Part shown: piece after piece, positions 52,901 through 63,999 of the stretch
How the letters are laid out: each line of letters begins with the position of its first letter
Numbering within the stretch: the stretch's first letter is position 1
NCBI GenBank assembly: GCA_002633005.1
Contig: NMRA01000434.1
Coordinates: forward strand, 133,884-197,883
DNA length: 64,000 nucleotides
Direction: 5' to 3'
Origin: Phoronis australis
Taxonomy: Eukaryota; Animalia; Phoronida
Program-made: the position numbers and the translations under genes
Notes under the pieces: generated by a model
The model's database searches: none
What the model saw: only the letters and a program-made list of their open reading frames with translations
What the model was told of the DNA's origin: nothing

Positions 52901-54493
52901 TATGTCGTTATGTGCGTATGTATATGTTATTTCCATGTGCCTAATTTTAACGCTCACTAATGCAGGATCTCCTTTATTGAACAGAAAAATTTCCTGGTGT
53001 CAACAAGTTTACGTCACAGTGCATCAGTGCCTGTCAGGTCCAAGGCTTCGTTTGCACACTGTTCAACAGACACCGTCTATTCCCTCTTATAAAGAGTCAT
53101 TCATACCAGCTCAGAACTCAGTCTGAGAGACAAGCTGTCAACTTCTGTATCCAGGGTATGGCTAGAGACAGAGTACATGTAGAAATCTGGTCGGACTAGC
53201 TGTAAACCTAGGCAAACAATTTAAAAGCGCTTCTGATCACTGCTTATGTGAAGTCAGTGTGATCATGAGTTGCTAGAAACGGGTGGTTGTAACTAAATTT
53301 GTAACTGTTGCTTGTGAAGTTGACCTAAATCTTAAAGAAAATTGTTTGTATCAAGTATCCAGTTCCTGATCACTTTTTTTAAAATATTCCATGTGGACTT
53401 TACTTTAGGCAGGAATTTACTTGCTACAGAAGCGATGCTTCACGCTCTTTCTATGATTTGCTGTAAATATATTCTCATAGTAAACGTATAAAATGTTATT
53501 CTTTCTGTAAGGGTTATATAAGTTCTTCCATACTTTATACTTCAGAATTTTTCCGATTTTCAGGTTCTGCTGCAGACCTGTGCAAATCAGCTATGCTTCA
53601 AATTAACGATCTGCTTCTAAAGAAATGTTTGGATGCCAGGTAGATGTTTTGATTTCTATGATAGTCACATGATACGGAATGCAAGTTTAAAATCCCTGCA
53701 GATTATTAACTTTCGTTAGGTCAATATTAATATTTGATTACCATTGGACTGGTGTCAAAATATATGTTTTTTTTTCAGATTAGCAGTTCAAATACATGAT
53801 GAATTGTTGTTTGAAAGTCCAGATGACCAATTGGCAGTTGTTTGTGGTAATGTATATTTATCATGCAACTAATTTCTATTGAGTTGGAAAGTCAACAAGC
53901 CAATTTTTGGTTTAGACCTCATACACTTATGACATAGGTTCCTTGCTCAAATTGCCGAAAGAATTAATAGTTCGTAACATTACTTGATACGAGGGCAGGT
54001 ACAATAAACTTACAAGTGCGCCGAGTGTGGACCCGAGCAGTAACAAACTCATTTTTTCCAAACCTAGAAATCACTCCTTATCTAAGTAAGGAACGAATTG
54101 AGACTTGCTTTAAGGGTAAATGCTCTAAATAAAAATTGTCTTTACCGAACGCCAATTTATAATAGCTTTAATTTTAAGTTGCGGATATTTGTGCCTTTGT
54201 GCTTTAGAATGATCTCCACGTTTCTTTTCTCACATTTCTCAATTCTAAGGAACGTTGGGTCCATGGCTGTCTCAGCCGACTGGACGTGAGCTCTTGTCAA
54301 CCAGTTTTTGCATTTGTTGTGATTTTGTTCGTTCACGTGCGATTCTGGCGGGGTGTGCCTTTTTGTTTTTGTAGATTCCGTAAAACAAGTAATGGAGAAT
54401 GCAGAAGCTCTGTGCAGGAATACTCGGTTGAAGGTACCTCTCAAAGTTGTAGTTCGCACAGGGAAATCGTGGGCTGACATGAAAGAAATCTAA
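28352..54493 (+). CDS. POLN: DNA polymerase nu (family A), 18 coding exons, ~881 aa
   Basis: Exons 28352-28941, 29450-29546, 39111-39299, 39445-39578, 39692-39798, 44176-44297, 44691-44891, 45058-45141, 46001-46156, 46911-47094, 47243-47320, 47431-47545, 52221-52303, 52566-52637, 52985-53155, 53564-53639, 53779-53846 and 54375-54493. They total 2646 nt in one frame with all phases compatible. Motifs: YSDGSTQL, TGRLTSTNPNIQ, motif A (ISADFCQIELRLLAHFS), motif B (RERTKRVVYSIMYG), ERQAVNFCIQGSAADLCK, motif C (QIHDELLFE), C-terminal VPLKVVVRTGKSW. The first two exons are assigned by phase and position rather than homology. Confidence 0.93.
29450..29546 (+). CDS. POLN: POLN coding exon 2 (contains QTTVSSYF)
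   Basis: ttatttcag|A GTA CCA...AAA CAG|gtgtgt. It bridges phase 2 to phase 0, exactly linking the exons ending at 28941 and starting at 39111. Confidence 0.7.
31312..34050 (-). pseudogene. Decayed, internally repeated acidic protein-coding sequence nested antisense in POLN coding intron 2
   Basis: Five ~410-440-bp A units (GDDIP..QESTP.AD.KD..KP.K..DI..DQ.T..IPV.A..ITDFE..LEVLP) anchored near 33960, 33550, 33140, 32370 and 31930. Two B units (KWVVPVI.E..D.FF.F...EE.ESS..Q.NDV..DIPP.DK) near 32540-32870 and 31440-31750. Frameshifts and stops separate the ORF fragments. Confidence 0.65.
35890..36280 (+). mobile_element. 3' remnant of a non-LTR retrotransposon (ORF2 C-terminal Cys/His region plus tail)
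   Basis: VSTHQLMVELGRRNNVPRPERICKLCNTDEIE..HF matches the typical S-H-L-E-GR...R-C-C...E-HF...C LINE C-terminus. It ends with AATAAA and (TTTG)n at ~36248-36280. Confidence 0.8.
37560..37993 (+). mobile_element. Degenerate LINE ORF1-like fragment (coiled coil plus RRM)
   Basis: ERRSRKYNLLLYGLP...VHRVP...PGPVIIRF is a typical L1/Tx1/CR1-type ORF1 signature. Stops lie upstream and a MITE truncates it at 37993. Confidence 0.75.
37993..38771 (+). mobile_element. MITE with GGATTGTTC...GAACAATCC termini (copy 1)
   Basis: Subterminal ctcgacccac/gtgggtcgag repeats. Colinear with 45219-45866. Confidence 0.8.
39111..39798 (+). CDS. POLN: POLN coding exons 3-5 (39111-39299, 39445-39578, 39692-39798)
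   Basis: LKQADDVVFTLTYSDGSTQL and PKICFDAQEMISVLLEFFG resemble recalled POLN N-terminal/exonuclease-like segments. Introns are GT-AG. Confidence 0.88.
43823..43890. promoter_or_regulatory. Cluster of two CArG boxes and a DR1-type nuclear-receptor site
   Basis: CCTTATTTGG at 43823-43832, CCTTATATGG at 43862-43871, TGACCTTTGACT at ~43878-43889. Confidence 0.4.
44176..47545 (+). CDS. POLN: POLN coding exons 6-12 (thumb, palm motif A)
   Basis: DPKLALWLIYP; LWDLFINIESKLIPLL; LEAQAHEAAG; HPLPDIVLQHRQLQKLKSTYVDGL; TGRLTSTNPNIQ; ADFCQIELRLLAHFS. Confidence 0.95.
45219..45866 (+). mobile_element. MITE with GGATTGTTC...GAACAATCC termini (copy 2)
   Basis: Same termini and internal sequence (ttcggcaagt.tgaaa.ccaaa; tcaaagacctaccaac; ttccgtgacaac) as 37993-38771. 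Confidence 0.8.
47738..47800. repeat. (ATGT)n/(GAAT)n microsatellite
   Basis: tatgtatgtatgtgtgtatgaatgaatcaatgaatgaatgaat... Confidence 0.8.
48193..48997. mobile_element. MITE with CCTAAAGTCGTGA subterminal repeats
   Basis: cctaaagtcgtga occurs twice at 48197-48226, and the inverted tcacgactttagg occurs at ~48778 and ~48975. Confidence 0.6.
50525..50733 (-). mobile_element. tRNA-derived SINE
   Basis: On the minus strand: A-box TGGCTCAGTGG, B-box GAGTTCGAATCC, a broken acceptor stem, a ~130-nt body and an A-rich tail at ~50525-50537. Confidence 0.75.
50993..51229. mobile_element. MITE with perfect 16-bp TIR CCATGCGCGCACCCAG
   Basis: ccatgcgcgcacccag ... ctgggtgcgcgcatgg. The internal gacttttgtctcgttttctc.gactttt also occurs at ~19052-19081. 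Confidence 0.8.
52100..52135. repeat. Alternating purine-pyrimidine tract (GT)n(GC)n(GT)n
   Basis: gtgtgtgtgtgcgcgcgcgcgcgtgtgtgtgtgtgt. Confidence 0.9.
52221..54493 (+). CDS. POLN: POLN coding exons 13-18 (motif B, motif C, C-terminus)
   Basis: RERTKRVVYSIMYGAG; ERQAVNFCIQGSAADLCKSAM; QIHDELLFE; LKVPLKVVVRTGKSWADMKEI followed by TAA at 54491-54493. Confidence 0.95.
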
Positions 54494-55293
54494 AGCTGCT
54501 TGGAGATTGTGTGAGTAGCTCACTATACGATGCTCACCACCTACTCATTTTACTAGTCGCTTCTCGCTGACGGTGTTGAATAACGCGCATAAGAAAGTAC
54601 ATCATTCTTTGCGTTTCATCACCATATATACGGAAAGGAATCAGGACAAGTACATAATAATTTTCCATCCTCCTTATTAGTAGGTGTCATTGTTCTAACA
54701 AGGCGAATTTAGTATGGTTATGCATGTAGCAAGAGTTTTGGTTTTCATTAAAGAAATGATAATTTGAAACCGGTAAACAACTAAGACACGGTTATGACTG
54801 CCACTCGCCGTAACTCTCCGATGAAGAACTTAATTAGGCCTTTTTCGGAAATTTACGATTTAAAAATACTCATTGAGGTCGCTGTTAAAAAAACGTGAAT
54901 AAGCACGTTTTTGTAAATAAGTGAACCTTTGTGTACCAGACTGGCGGTCTATCGTGTTGATTGCGGTCAAAAAGTTGTTTTGCGGACTCTGAAATCGTCG
55001 CGTATATAGCTGTATGGTGAAAAGCTCCCTTGTGGACAGCATTTGGGAGTTGTGTCGCAGAAATAGCATGACGCAGGGTTAATTGCGCATTATCGGAACT
55101 TAGTAGAGATTGTACACATTAATCATAACTGGGAGTTTTCGAGTGGTTTGGTTTGTCCCGCAAAAGTGTTGCGGATGCCGGAATGGCCTTCTATCTTTTT
55201 TTTGATAGTTCGATTGCTTATATGTACAGTGACAGTATTTTTACATCTCTATTATATTTTTTTACTACACATGATTACTTCGCCAAATATTTT

Positions 55294-56394
55294 TTAAGGC
55301 CAATCATTTCTTTCCATAGCCTCCCATACCTCTTCCTCGGTGTGGTCATAATACTGCATCAACTTGTCGAAGGGAGGGCAAGCCGTGGGAATTATATCTG
55401 GACTCATCACCTGTTTCCAAATCATTTTCCTATCGTGCAACTTCCAGCCATGAGTTGTTATCAGTTTCTGATATCGGCAATAACTATACTCGTACCAGTA
55501 ACCACTGAAACCGATGTAGGAGAGAGCAGATAGTCCAGCCTTTTTTGCACAAATACCAATAAACGCGTCTTCAATGTTGATTAGTTTGATATCTTTTGAA
55601 GCATCTAGAACTTTTTTAAGAGCGAGCATAGACAATGTGTAGCCAGACCCGCCTTGGTAAGGCGGTAATGTCGCTTGAGGGTACTCCCGTCTTGTTAGGT
55701 GCCACTTGTCAGTAATGTTCCTGATGGGTCGCGTATGAATGTGAATGTCTCCAACATACAACAATTTTGCTTGATTCATTGATAAAGAATTTAAGTACGG
55801 GATCAAATTTTTATAAAGTACTAAAACGTCGTCGTCGGTTTTGAAAACAAATTTGGCTTGTTGGCAATACTGATATGCCCACTGGAGTCCTGCAATGGTT
55901 TTTAGTGTTAAGTTGTTATACGAATCGATAAAATCTTGTTGCACTATGTCTCCGTGGACTTCGTTTTCTTGAAGTAGTTTCTGCTGAGTTCTATGCGATG
56001 ACGTCGCACCTAAAATAAAAACGGTTCTAATATTTTTGCCGTTAATGGCTGTGGCGTTTCCCCACGTCTTTCGAACAAACTCGCGTTTCTTAAAATTGTG
56101 TGGAGCAGACGAAACTACAACTACGACGTAGATTTCCACTGACGTACACTTGTCCAGATTGTTTATTGTGAAGTTGTATGTCTGTAAGTGCATCCATTCT
56201 GTTGAGATCCCCGGCTCTTTGCTTGTATATCTGTTCCTTTCCCAAACAGGCGTCTTCCATGTCCACGACGCAAAAGCATCGTAGCTAAAGGAGTTTGATG
56301 TGAGTCCCAGTTGATATCGTCCATAGATAATCATTGCAATCGTCAGAACGATAGTGAATATTATGGCAATGCGATATTTCACAATGCGAGTCAT
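55294..56394 (-). CDS. Beta-1,3-galactosyltransferase-family (GT31/Galactosyl_T) type II Golgi membrane protein, 366 aa, intronless CDS
   Basis: N-terminal TM anchor (IAIIFTIVLTIAMIIY), VSSAPHNFKKREFVRKTWG, DFIDSYNNLTLKT, DxD motif KTDDDV, PPYQGGSGY, IEDAFIG. Confidence 0.95.
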   Translation of the reverse strand: MTRIVKYRIAIIFTIVLTIAMIIYGRYQLGLTSNSFSYDAFASWTWKTPVWERNRYTSKEPGISTEWMHLQTYNFTINNLDKCTSVEIYVVVVVSSAPHNFKKREFVRKTWGNATAINGKNIRTVFILGATSSHRTQQKLLQENEVHGDIVQQDFIDSYNNLTLKTIAGLQWAYQYCQQAKFVFKTDDDVLVLYKNLIPYLNSLSMNQAKLLYVGDIHIHTRPIRNITDKWHLTRREYPQATLPPYQGGSGYTLSMLALKKVLDASKDIKLINIEDAFIGICAKKAGLSALSYIGFSGYWYEYSYCRYQKLITTHGWKLHDRKMIWKQVMSPDIIPTACPPFDKLMQYYDHTEEEVWEAMERNDWP

Positions 56395-56947
56395 TATAAA
56401 ACGCCACGTTCCATGATCGTTAGCCGCTCTTGTTGGCTGACCTTACTTTATCTGAGATGTGACGTTGCTCTTCGGGGGTGTACCACACTCGTATGGTTTT
56501 GGTGGGGGTGAAGTTGGAAAATTGGTATAGCTACCATGTTAGAGAGTCATTTGTAGGGAGCCTCCATGAATGCCACCCTCATTCGTTTCTAACTTTTACT
56601 AAGCCTTCTAGCTTTTCTGAATTTGTAAGAAGCGATGTTCTGGCGCTAAGAACGTCAACTGCTTTCACTATTTGGTCTTTTGAAGCAACATTGTTACAAT
56701 AAAATCGCCTGGAATTCCCCTGACGGTCACGTTGCTTTGGTAACTGAAACAGACCAAGCAACTGTATGGGCCAGAACTGATGAAACAATATAATGTACTT
56801 TACAAGACTATTTTGATTAAGAAAAAATTAGGTGCTAGACCGATATTGTAACACTATAGTAGCCTGCACTAATTTATTAGCCCTTTACAGTTATGCTAAA
56901 TAATGTTTTATTGATTTCATCCAAACTTGTTTCCATCAATTGCTATT

Positions 56948-57095
56948 CATGGGCGGCCCACCATAGGGCTGGGGGGGGGCTATAGCCCTCCACTCTTTTC
57001 GGTGCTGCGCCACCCATGGTCTACTAGTGGTGCACCACAGGGGGGCTAGAGGGGCAAAAGCCCCCCCCCCACTTTTTTCAGTGTTACGCGGCCCC
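56948..57095. mobile_element. Two adjacent small G/C-run MITE-like units
   Basis: catgggcggc...cgccacccatg (56948-57018) is followed by a related unit ending gcggcccctg. Same family as 12487-12566. Confidence 0.5.
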
Positions 57096-59589
57096 TGCTA
57101 TTGTGTTGTTAGTACTTCTGTATACATCTTCTTGGGTGTAACCCCGGCCGCCGGGCTTTTCCAGTCTTCTCAAACATCTGTCGTCAGCGCTGATCTCAAG
57201 CATGTTTCACGTAGGCTTGCTGTACACTTGAATTTTCCCAAGAGTAATAATCTTATCTTTTTGCTTGCCCATCGGTTATCTAATTGCTTTTCAAAATATG
57301 TGACGGCGGCTAAGTGACGGCTAATTCAAGTTACAATAACATCTGAAATTTTAATAGGTACCTGATAGAAAATGCTATGAGTGTTCGGGAAGTTTGTATG
57401 TTTTTATCACTTTACACGGATTTTGGGGGGGTGCTGGTGGATCGCCCCCTCCCCGAACATGACCTGAAAAAATCAATCCTCCGTCATGCGAACATAAGCC
57501 CGCCCACTCTTGGCCGGGTTACTGATATCTCTGACTATGACAATACAATACTAAATAAATAATAACCATGCAGAAACAATTAATTATGAGCAAAAACGCC
57601 GTATTTAAGTAACAAAACTTAAAATATGTAAAAATCAGTTAATCACTGTACGATCATAGGGTATCACAAAAAATAAGTCGTATACTGATCGATCACAAGA
57701 GAAGTGAGAAAAGAAAAATAGGACTGGAGTTAAAAATTCACATTTTGTGAAACAAATGAGTTGCATTTGCACGGAAGTTGAGACCATGTAGCTATACAAT
57801 GTTTTTTAAACAATCAATTATAGTCCATAGGCTTGTCTTTGAGCATTACGGAGCTCCGAGCACTTAGTTGACGGGGAACGGACCGGTGATAGTATACGAC
57901 AGATGCATTGTTGATTTTTCTTTCGAAAAGTGTAAGGCGAAAGCTTCAAGTGAAGATTTTTTCACGTGGAAGGGGAAGCAGGTGATGCATAGACTTAACG
58001 ACTTCCATCGGAATAGCTGTTTCCTTTTACGCTATTTTATTGAAATTCATGAAACTTCGCCTATTTTGTCAGTTGTATCAAGCAGTGTAGTACACTCCTT
58101 GGTTGTGTGTCTGAACTATACAACAGGTGACGCTAGTGCCTTCCTGGACTAAATTAGGTCACAGTTGTTTTCAGAACAGGTTCATGTTTCAACGAGAGAG
58201 AACCTGGTTGGCAGTTCCGTGACCTGGAGACGTGGTTTGTTTTGGTTCCCATGGTTTGACAGTCGCTGTATGTATTGCATTGTTTTCTATACGAAGTAGG
58301 TAAAACAACGTTAGTACCCGCAAGTTGACTCTCGGCTAAGCGCAGTATTGTCGAGCTTCGAACGCAGTGTGCGAGTACGCTGGCACAGTTCATCGGTCCG
58401 GGTGATCGTCTACTAGTAAGCCGTCGTGGGAGTCCGTGGCCCGGCCGAGCTAGGAGGCGACTGCGGTCTAGACCTTGGTCGTGCACCGTGAGGCTATGGC
58501 GTGCGATAGGCTTTCGTGACCTAGGCTGCACGTTGGGATGTTACCGGCAGTTTCACTGCATCATAAAGGTCGACAATGAAACGGCGACCGGGTCCGGCCG
58601 GCCCGCGCGGGGCGTTCTCGTCCCGCATGAGAATTGCATGGTGACCGTGGGGATGTGCTGCCAACTCGGGTATCTGAGACACTTTCACAATCACAGATTA
58701 TAGTTGTTGAAAAAAAGGTTGGTGTCGTAACCAAAAACTCGATGGAGTACCACCGTCACCCTGAAAAACCGTATGTCAGTATACCTATAGTCCGACGCGT
58801 AAGCCGCCAACATCGACCACGGGTCAATTTCCGGGCTCACTATTTTTTACGCCGACAGACAAGTGTTTTGAAAAGTCCAATTGTCCTCATGAAAAATAAA
58901 AAACAATTTTATCCTTGCGCGATAAGTTGCCTTAGAAGATTCTGAGTCGCTACACGTACGCTCCCGGGCCTCGGACTCGAACGTAGCGCTTCACACACGA
59001 CTTCTATCAAAATAAAAACTATTTAAACCAGTTAAAAGGTGTTGACACAGGAAGGTATTCACAAAGTACACAGTTGGTATTGTCTCAGGTGGGGTTTTTC
59101 ATCATTTGGTATTGTCGTCAGGTGATAATTTTGTCGTCTGCCGAGGTATCAACTTAAAGTTTGTCTGGCTGATTTTGACGTCGCAAGGCGGTACACCGGC
59201 CTATTCATTTTGGGGGTATTCGTACCACGTGGCCACGGAGTTTGACTCGACGCAGCGAGTGTAGGTCGCACACGAAACCTCGAACTAATAATACTCTCCT
59301 ATATTAGTATGCGGCGATATGTTCGGCTACTGCGTGCAGCGGGAGGAGGCGGTCGGTCGGTTGACGGTGAATGCTTTCCGCTGATAGTTTCGGTGACGTA
59401 CGGATTTGGCGAAAGTAAAAGGCCTACTAGTAATTCGATGTTCGTTGTTAATCGGCTAAACAAAGCGAAATGCACGAGCCTCTACAACGTTTGGTGGAGC
59501 CAGATGAGTCATCATACCCGCGATTGGTGTGGTGACTTTTCATCACCCACATTCTAACGGAGTCGGTAATATGAACATTCATTCATCCA

Positions 59590-60590
59590 AGGGTTACCTT
59601 AGAAATCGGCAGAAGTTTTCGAAGGCGTTGGTGTTGACTATGCCTTCTTCAGTGTAGGTGGCTCTGTATTTAGTAACACGTCATAGACGCAGGAGCTTGT
59701 AACCTCCTTCATGTCCCGGTTCATCGTGCATTCACTTTCTGATACAGACGGATTCCATTATTTTCCAAGGATCAGTGTTATTTTCATGTGCTAGGATTTT
59801 GGAGATGCCCCAGTCAATAGCATGATTATTTTGTTTTGCTTGATCTGTAATTATTGCAGACTTTGTCTGCTCACCTCCTTCCCATTTTCTCTAAGGCAAT
59901 AACCAAAATTGCTGAACGTTTCTCCAGTGTAGGAGGCATTAGAACAGGGAATAATGTATACTATACCGCCCTTATCGTGATTGTCCTTGGGGTGCACTAA
60001 TAAATTCTGTAATGCATTTTTGGATCCAGGGGGATCAAGGGGTCCGGATCCCCCTTTTCCCTTGATTTTAGTGATATCAAACCTGAAGTTTTCAAATTGT
60101 TGACTTGAACCCCCTTTTGAAAAAAATCCTTGATGCGACCCCCCCTTTTGAAAGTTTCTGAATCCGCCCCTGTAATGTGGAATGCGGTTTCATAGCTGTG
60201 TTGAAACCAAATTAAGTAAAAGTACGCAGATAAACCTTTCACACATGGTAACACCACCACATCCTTAGTCTCTTCTTTTTCCTTACTGGTTGCAGTCGGT
60301 GACTCCATGTTCCTCCGAAATCCATCGAAACCCCAGCCAGGATAGCCACAGCGTAAGAGATAGAGTGGTGTTAATGTGCTGTGTGTCTTCTGGTAGGGAC
60401 ACCATGTTGTGATTTCTCTCGTATAAGGTTCGGATGACTCCTGCATCGGGTGAGATGACTCAGACTGGAAGTACTGGTCAGTGTGAGTACTCCTACGTAC
60501 ACCTGTAGTTTTAAACTACCATCAGGGTTGCGATAAATAAGCATGTTTGAGAAACGTTAGCTAAGATTCTTTTCCTTCTGTAACGTAAAC
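59590..60590 (-). mobile_element. Degenerate Penelope-like element (RT C-terminus plus GIY-YIG endonuclease), interrupted by a small insertion at ~59997-60175
   Basis: Minus-strand translations RRSTHTDQYFQSESSHP, VVVLPCVKGLS, VHPKDNHDKGGIVYIIPC..SYTGET, NHAIDW, KIMESVCI. Confidence 0.85.
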
Positions 60591-60724
60591 TTTGCCTTTG
60601 TGCAAAGCTGTATACTAAATATATTTTGACGATAGCCTTTATACAGCTAGCTGGCTGGCTAAGGTAAACTTAACGCTATTTTACTACTGCCAATACAATT
60701 CAGATGGTCTGTCAATTCCTGAGT

Positions 60725-61100
60725 TTCGTCTATAATATCCCGTGTTCTATTTGTGATGCCTCCTACATTGGAGAGACGTTCAGGAATTCGGAACATAGGA
60801 ATGAGGTGGACGAAATCACGGCTCGAGTGTTTACAAGACCCGAAAGAAAAATCTCTTACTGTAATTAATAGGTCTACAGTTACGAATCACGCTAAACGAA
60901 ATAAAATAAGCATGCTATTGACTGGGATACATCCAAAACTCAAGCAAAAGAAATTAACTCTGATCGTAGGAGGATAATGGAATCTATCTGTATGAAGGAT
61001 GAAGGAGGATACAAACTTTCCCGCGTTCATGACGTGTTGCTACATATAGCGCCTTAGAAAACTTCTGCTGATTTCTAAGGTCACCCTCGTGTAGACATCC
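60725..61100 (+). mobile_element. Second, inverted Penelope-like GIY-YIG fragment
   Basis: FVYNIPCSICDASYIGET, HAIDWD, RRRIMESIC, EGGYKLSRV. The downstream gaaaacttctgc.gatttctaaggt is shared with the minus-strand copy. Confidence 0.8.
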
Positions 61101-62640
61101 AGGTCAGACTTTTTAGTAATCTCATCCGTTGTTAAAGCGGCATGAAACCCGTGCTGCCAAAAACAAATTGCGATTTATATCATTCACCGTTATACGATTG
61201 CTTTGGCTTGTTCCTTACTCATCTTAGAAGTGATCTCCAGCTAGGGAAGAACTGGCCTCGTTTCTTCAGACTAAGCTTTTACTATTTCATGCCGTTAGAT
61301 TAGTCCGAACTGCAAGTTAGTCTAAAGCCCCGAAAGCACACCTATTTGATAGTTTGAGACAAATTTCATAATGGTTAGTGGCCTTAACCAAAACTTGTTT
61401 TTTGACATAATTAGATGCACGTTTAATGTCGCTTAAGCTTTTAATTTATCGAATTGTTTTGTTCAGCATCATTATTTCAGGGTTTCACTGCCGTGAAGTC
61501 ATTGCTGACGCTTTAAGATTGCTGTGCTCTACACAAAAATAACTTGAATCAGTGTTCGTGATGAGGGTTGATAGCACTGGCGGTTCTTATACAAATATAT
61601 TAACGAAATTACTTTTACGATCGAACCAGCGTCTTTTCTCATATTCGTTAGAGTAAACATGTCTCTGGCCCACATAACACATTTATGAAGCAACAATTTT
61701 TAATCTACACCGTACGACCATCAGATATCATTGCCAAGTTATGTTCCAGTTGCCGTCGGTGCCAATAGGTTGACAATGAGGTTTTCCACAATAGCTGGTC
61801 AGGTAAATTGTGTGCCTAGCTGGATGGTCCAGTTATTGTGTGACCCTTCCTTCCGTATTTACTCAGAAGTACATTGGCGTTGCATTGGGTAGGAAATCGG
61901 TGAATTTTTTCCTGCAAAACACACACTGCCAATATTGGAGCGTTTCCGGAAACGAGAGCGTGCTCAGCGGGACAACTTGTGAGAAGTGAGTCGCATAATC
62001 TTAAATACCTTCAATGTGAGAGCAAATACGAGGTTGACTTTTAGTTGTGTGTCGAAGGCTATTGAACAAAATGGTTTGTTCCCACGGCAATTTTTTAAGT
62101 AATACTTATTAGCACGATGAGTAGAAGTGCATTGAAAAGGTCCTTTTTGCTTGAAAACGTTGATTCACAACATGAAGATTTATTTGATACCAACAAGATG
62201 TAGGGTGACTGGAACACCCATGCCGTTTTCTTGTGTTCAGATTTTGCGAATCTCGCCTGAGTGTAAATATAGGTTGAATCTTCCTAACTGTTAACGTCTG
62301 TCATATAATAGTCTATGGTCACATCACATTGTGTTACGTAGAAGTCGGGCTGATTCATCACAAATACAACCGTGATATTTGGCTTAAGTTTGGATATTGG
62401 GATTCGGCGCAATATACTTAGGAACCTGGTTTCTAGAATAAACTGGCTTATTTGCAGCAGTTGTCTCAACCAAATACCCGGTAAGTATAATGCGTGAGAT
62501 CTGTTATAATTTGGCGTTTTCAAGGAAAAACTGACTTTTCGGACAATTACGTTTCTACTTGTCGCGCTACTATTTATCTCATAAACTGTCATGGAAACAA
62601 ATCGGTGTGTTCACTAAATTAAATAAACACGGGTTATTTC

Positions 62641-62950
62641 TGATATCATCGATCAGTCTTTATTGCATAGCCAGACAATATGACAAAGAATGATGGCGAT
62701 CTACAAAACAAATAAAACATCCGTGACTTATGAGTAGATCTACGCTAGCTACAGACTGTAATAAACTAATGGTAAACTGAAGTGCGTGCCTAAACTAACA
62801 GTATACATGAATCTAAAGCTAATGTACCTGTAGAAGTGTTCACAGTGACTGTGGGCTGGAGGCTGCCATATTGAGAGCAGCCAGCACCGCCTATGGGGGA
62901 ATATAGTAAGCTCTCTAGTGGCAGTACCAATATTGTCTATCTCCCCCCAA
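62641..62950 (-). mobile_element. Polypurine tract and 3' LTR (~62641-62939) of a Gypsy element
   Basis: On the minus strand, PPT GGGGGGAGA at 62948-62940 lies just after the pol stop. AATAAA is at 62664-62659 and the end ...GATATCA is at 62641. Confidence 0.7.
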
Positions 62951-63012
62951 GTCAATGGAGCAGCGAGCGACAGTGACTAATAATGTTAAAACATATAGAG
63001 GCCAAGGTATAG

Positions 63013-63999
63013 CTAAAATGTAATAAAGTCCTGCATCCAGGAAGGCTTCCGGGTGGTGCGAGCCGACCGACGAGGTCCGTCCGAAGCTGGAGGAAGTGCA
63101 CCCTGGGGAACGGGCCGTTGGGGATCATCGGCATCGGGAGCGGGTGGGTTACCGTTGGTAGTCGGCGTAGGCGGAGACATAGGAGAGAGGTCGACGGATG
63201 AGTCAGGGGAGAGAGGCTTCGCACCAATGGACTTGTTGCCGCGATCGCCAAGGGAAGGTAGCATGCCGGATGCAGGCGGGGAAGAAGGGTCGCTGAGGGA
63301 ACCCGGAGAGAGGACCGCCTTGTCCATGGGTGGAAGTCCGAGCCGTCCGTCGGGTAGAGGCAACAGTTGGGATGGCGGTGAGACAGGTGTGTATTTCCGT
63401 AGAAACTTGCGGTTGCGTAGGGTCACGCGGCCAGAACCATGGACACGGACGACATACTGGTCGAATTGGCGGACTTCTACCACTTGACCGGTTTTATCCC
63501 AGCGGCGGGGATTGACTCCAACCTGGTTTTGAATGCGGACGCAGTCACCGACGACCAAGGGAGGGAGGCGGCGAGTGTGTTCGCTGAGACGTTCAGAGAT
63601 ACGCATATGACGTTGTCTCAGGGCTGCCTCGCGGAGGTTCAAAGTTTCGGCCCAGGTCTTATGCGGATGGTATCTCCCAGGCAAAACCGGGATGAAGTCC
63701 TTGATGGGGCGACCAAACACGCATTCAGCGGGTGACATCTTTGTGTCTTTGTCAGGGGTGTTCCGGTACTGCAGCATGGCACGCTGAAAGGCATCCGTGG
63801 CCAGTTCGCCATTCGGTCCGGTGTTGTCAGTGATGAGTCTCTTCGTAGTCTTCACACCGATCTCCGCCCGGCAATTACTATGGGGATTGGCGACCGACGA
63901 GACGCGGTGACGGATGCCCCATGTCTTGAGGAAATGACGCGTTGTGGTCGAGCAGAACTCTGGGCCGCCGTCGCTCGAGAGGTCGTCTGGTATACCGAA
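63013..63999 (-). mobile_element. Ty3/Gypsy LTR retrotransposon pol, integrase core and C-terminus (5' part outside the window)
   Basis: Open frame from the window edge: [15 protein letters not shown]...[24 protein letters not shown] (D-35-E), [31 protein letters not shown], a Pro-rich linker and [14 protein letters not shown] content is clearly higher than in the host flanks. Confidence 0.95.

Noticed and set aside
46911-54493. Bacterial polA or POLQ assignment, or horizontal transfer
   Set aside because: Spliceosomal introns, absence of a helicase or 5'-nuclease domain, and Pol nu-type motifs (DGSTQL, TKRVVY) indicate a normal metazoan POLN.
55294-56394. GT31 gene nested inside a POLN intron
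   Set aside because: The POLN terminal exon and stop codon lie at 54375-54493, so the genes are adjacent and convergent.
63053-63735. Plus-strand ORFs of 144, 61 and 98 aa
   Set aside because: Antisense shadows of the GC-rich Gypsy pol frame.
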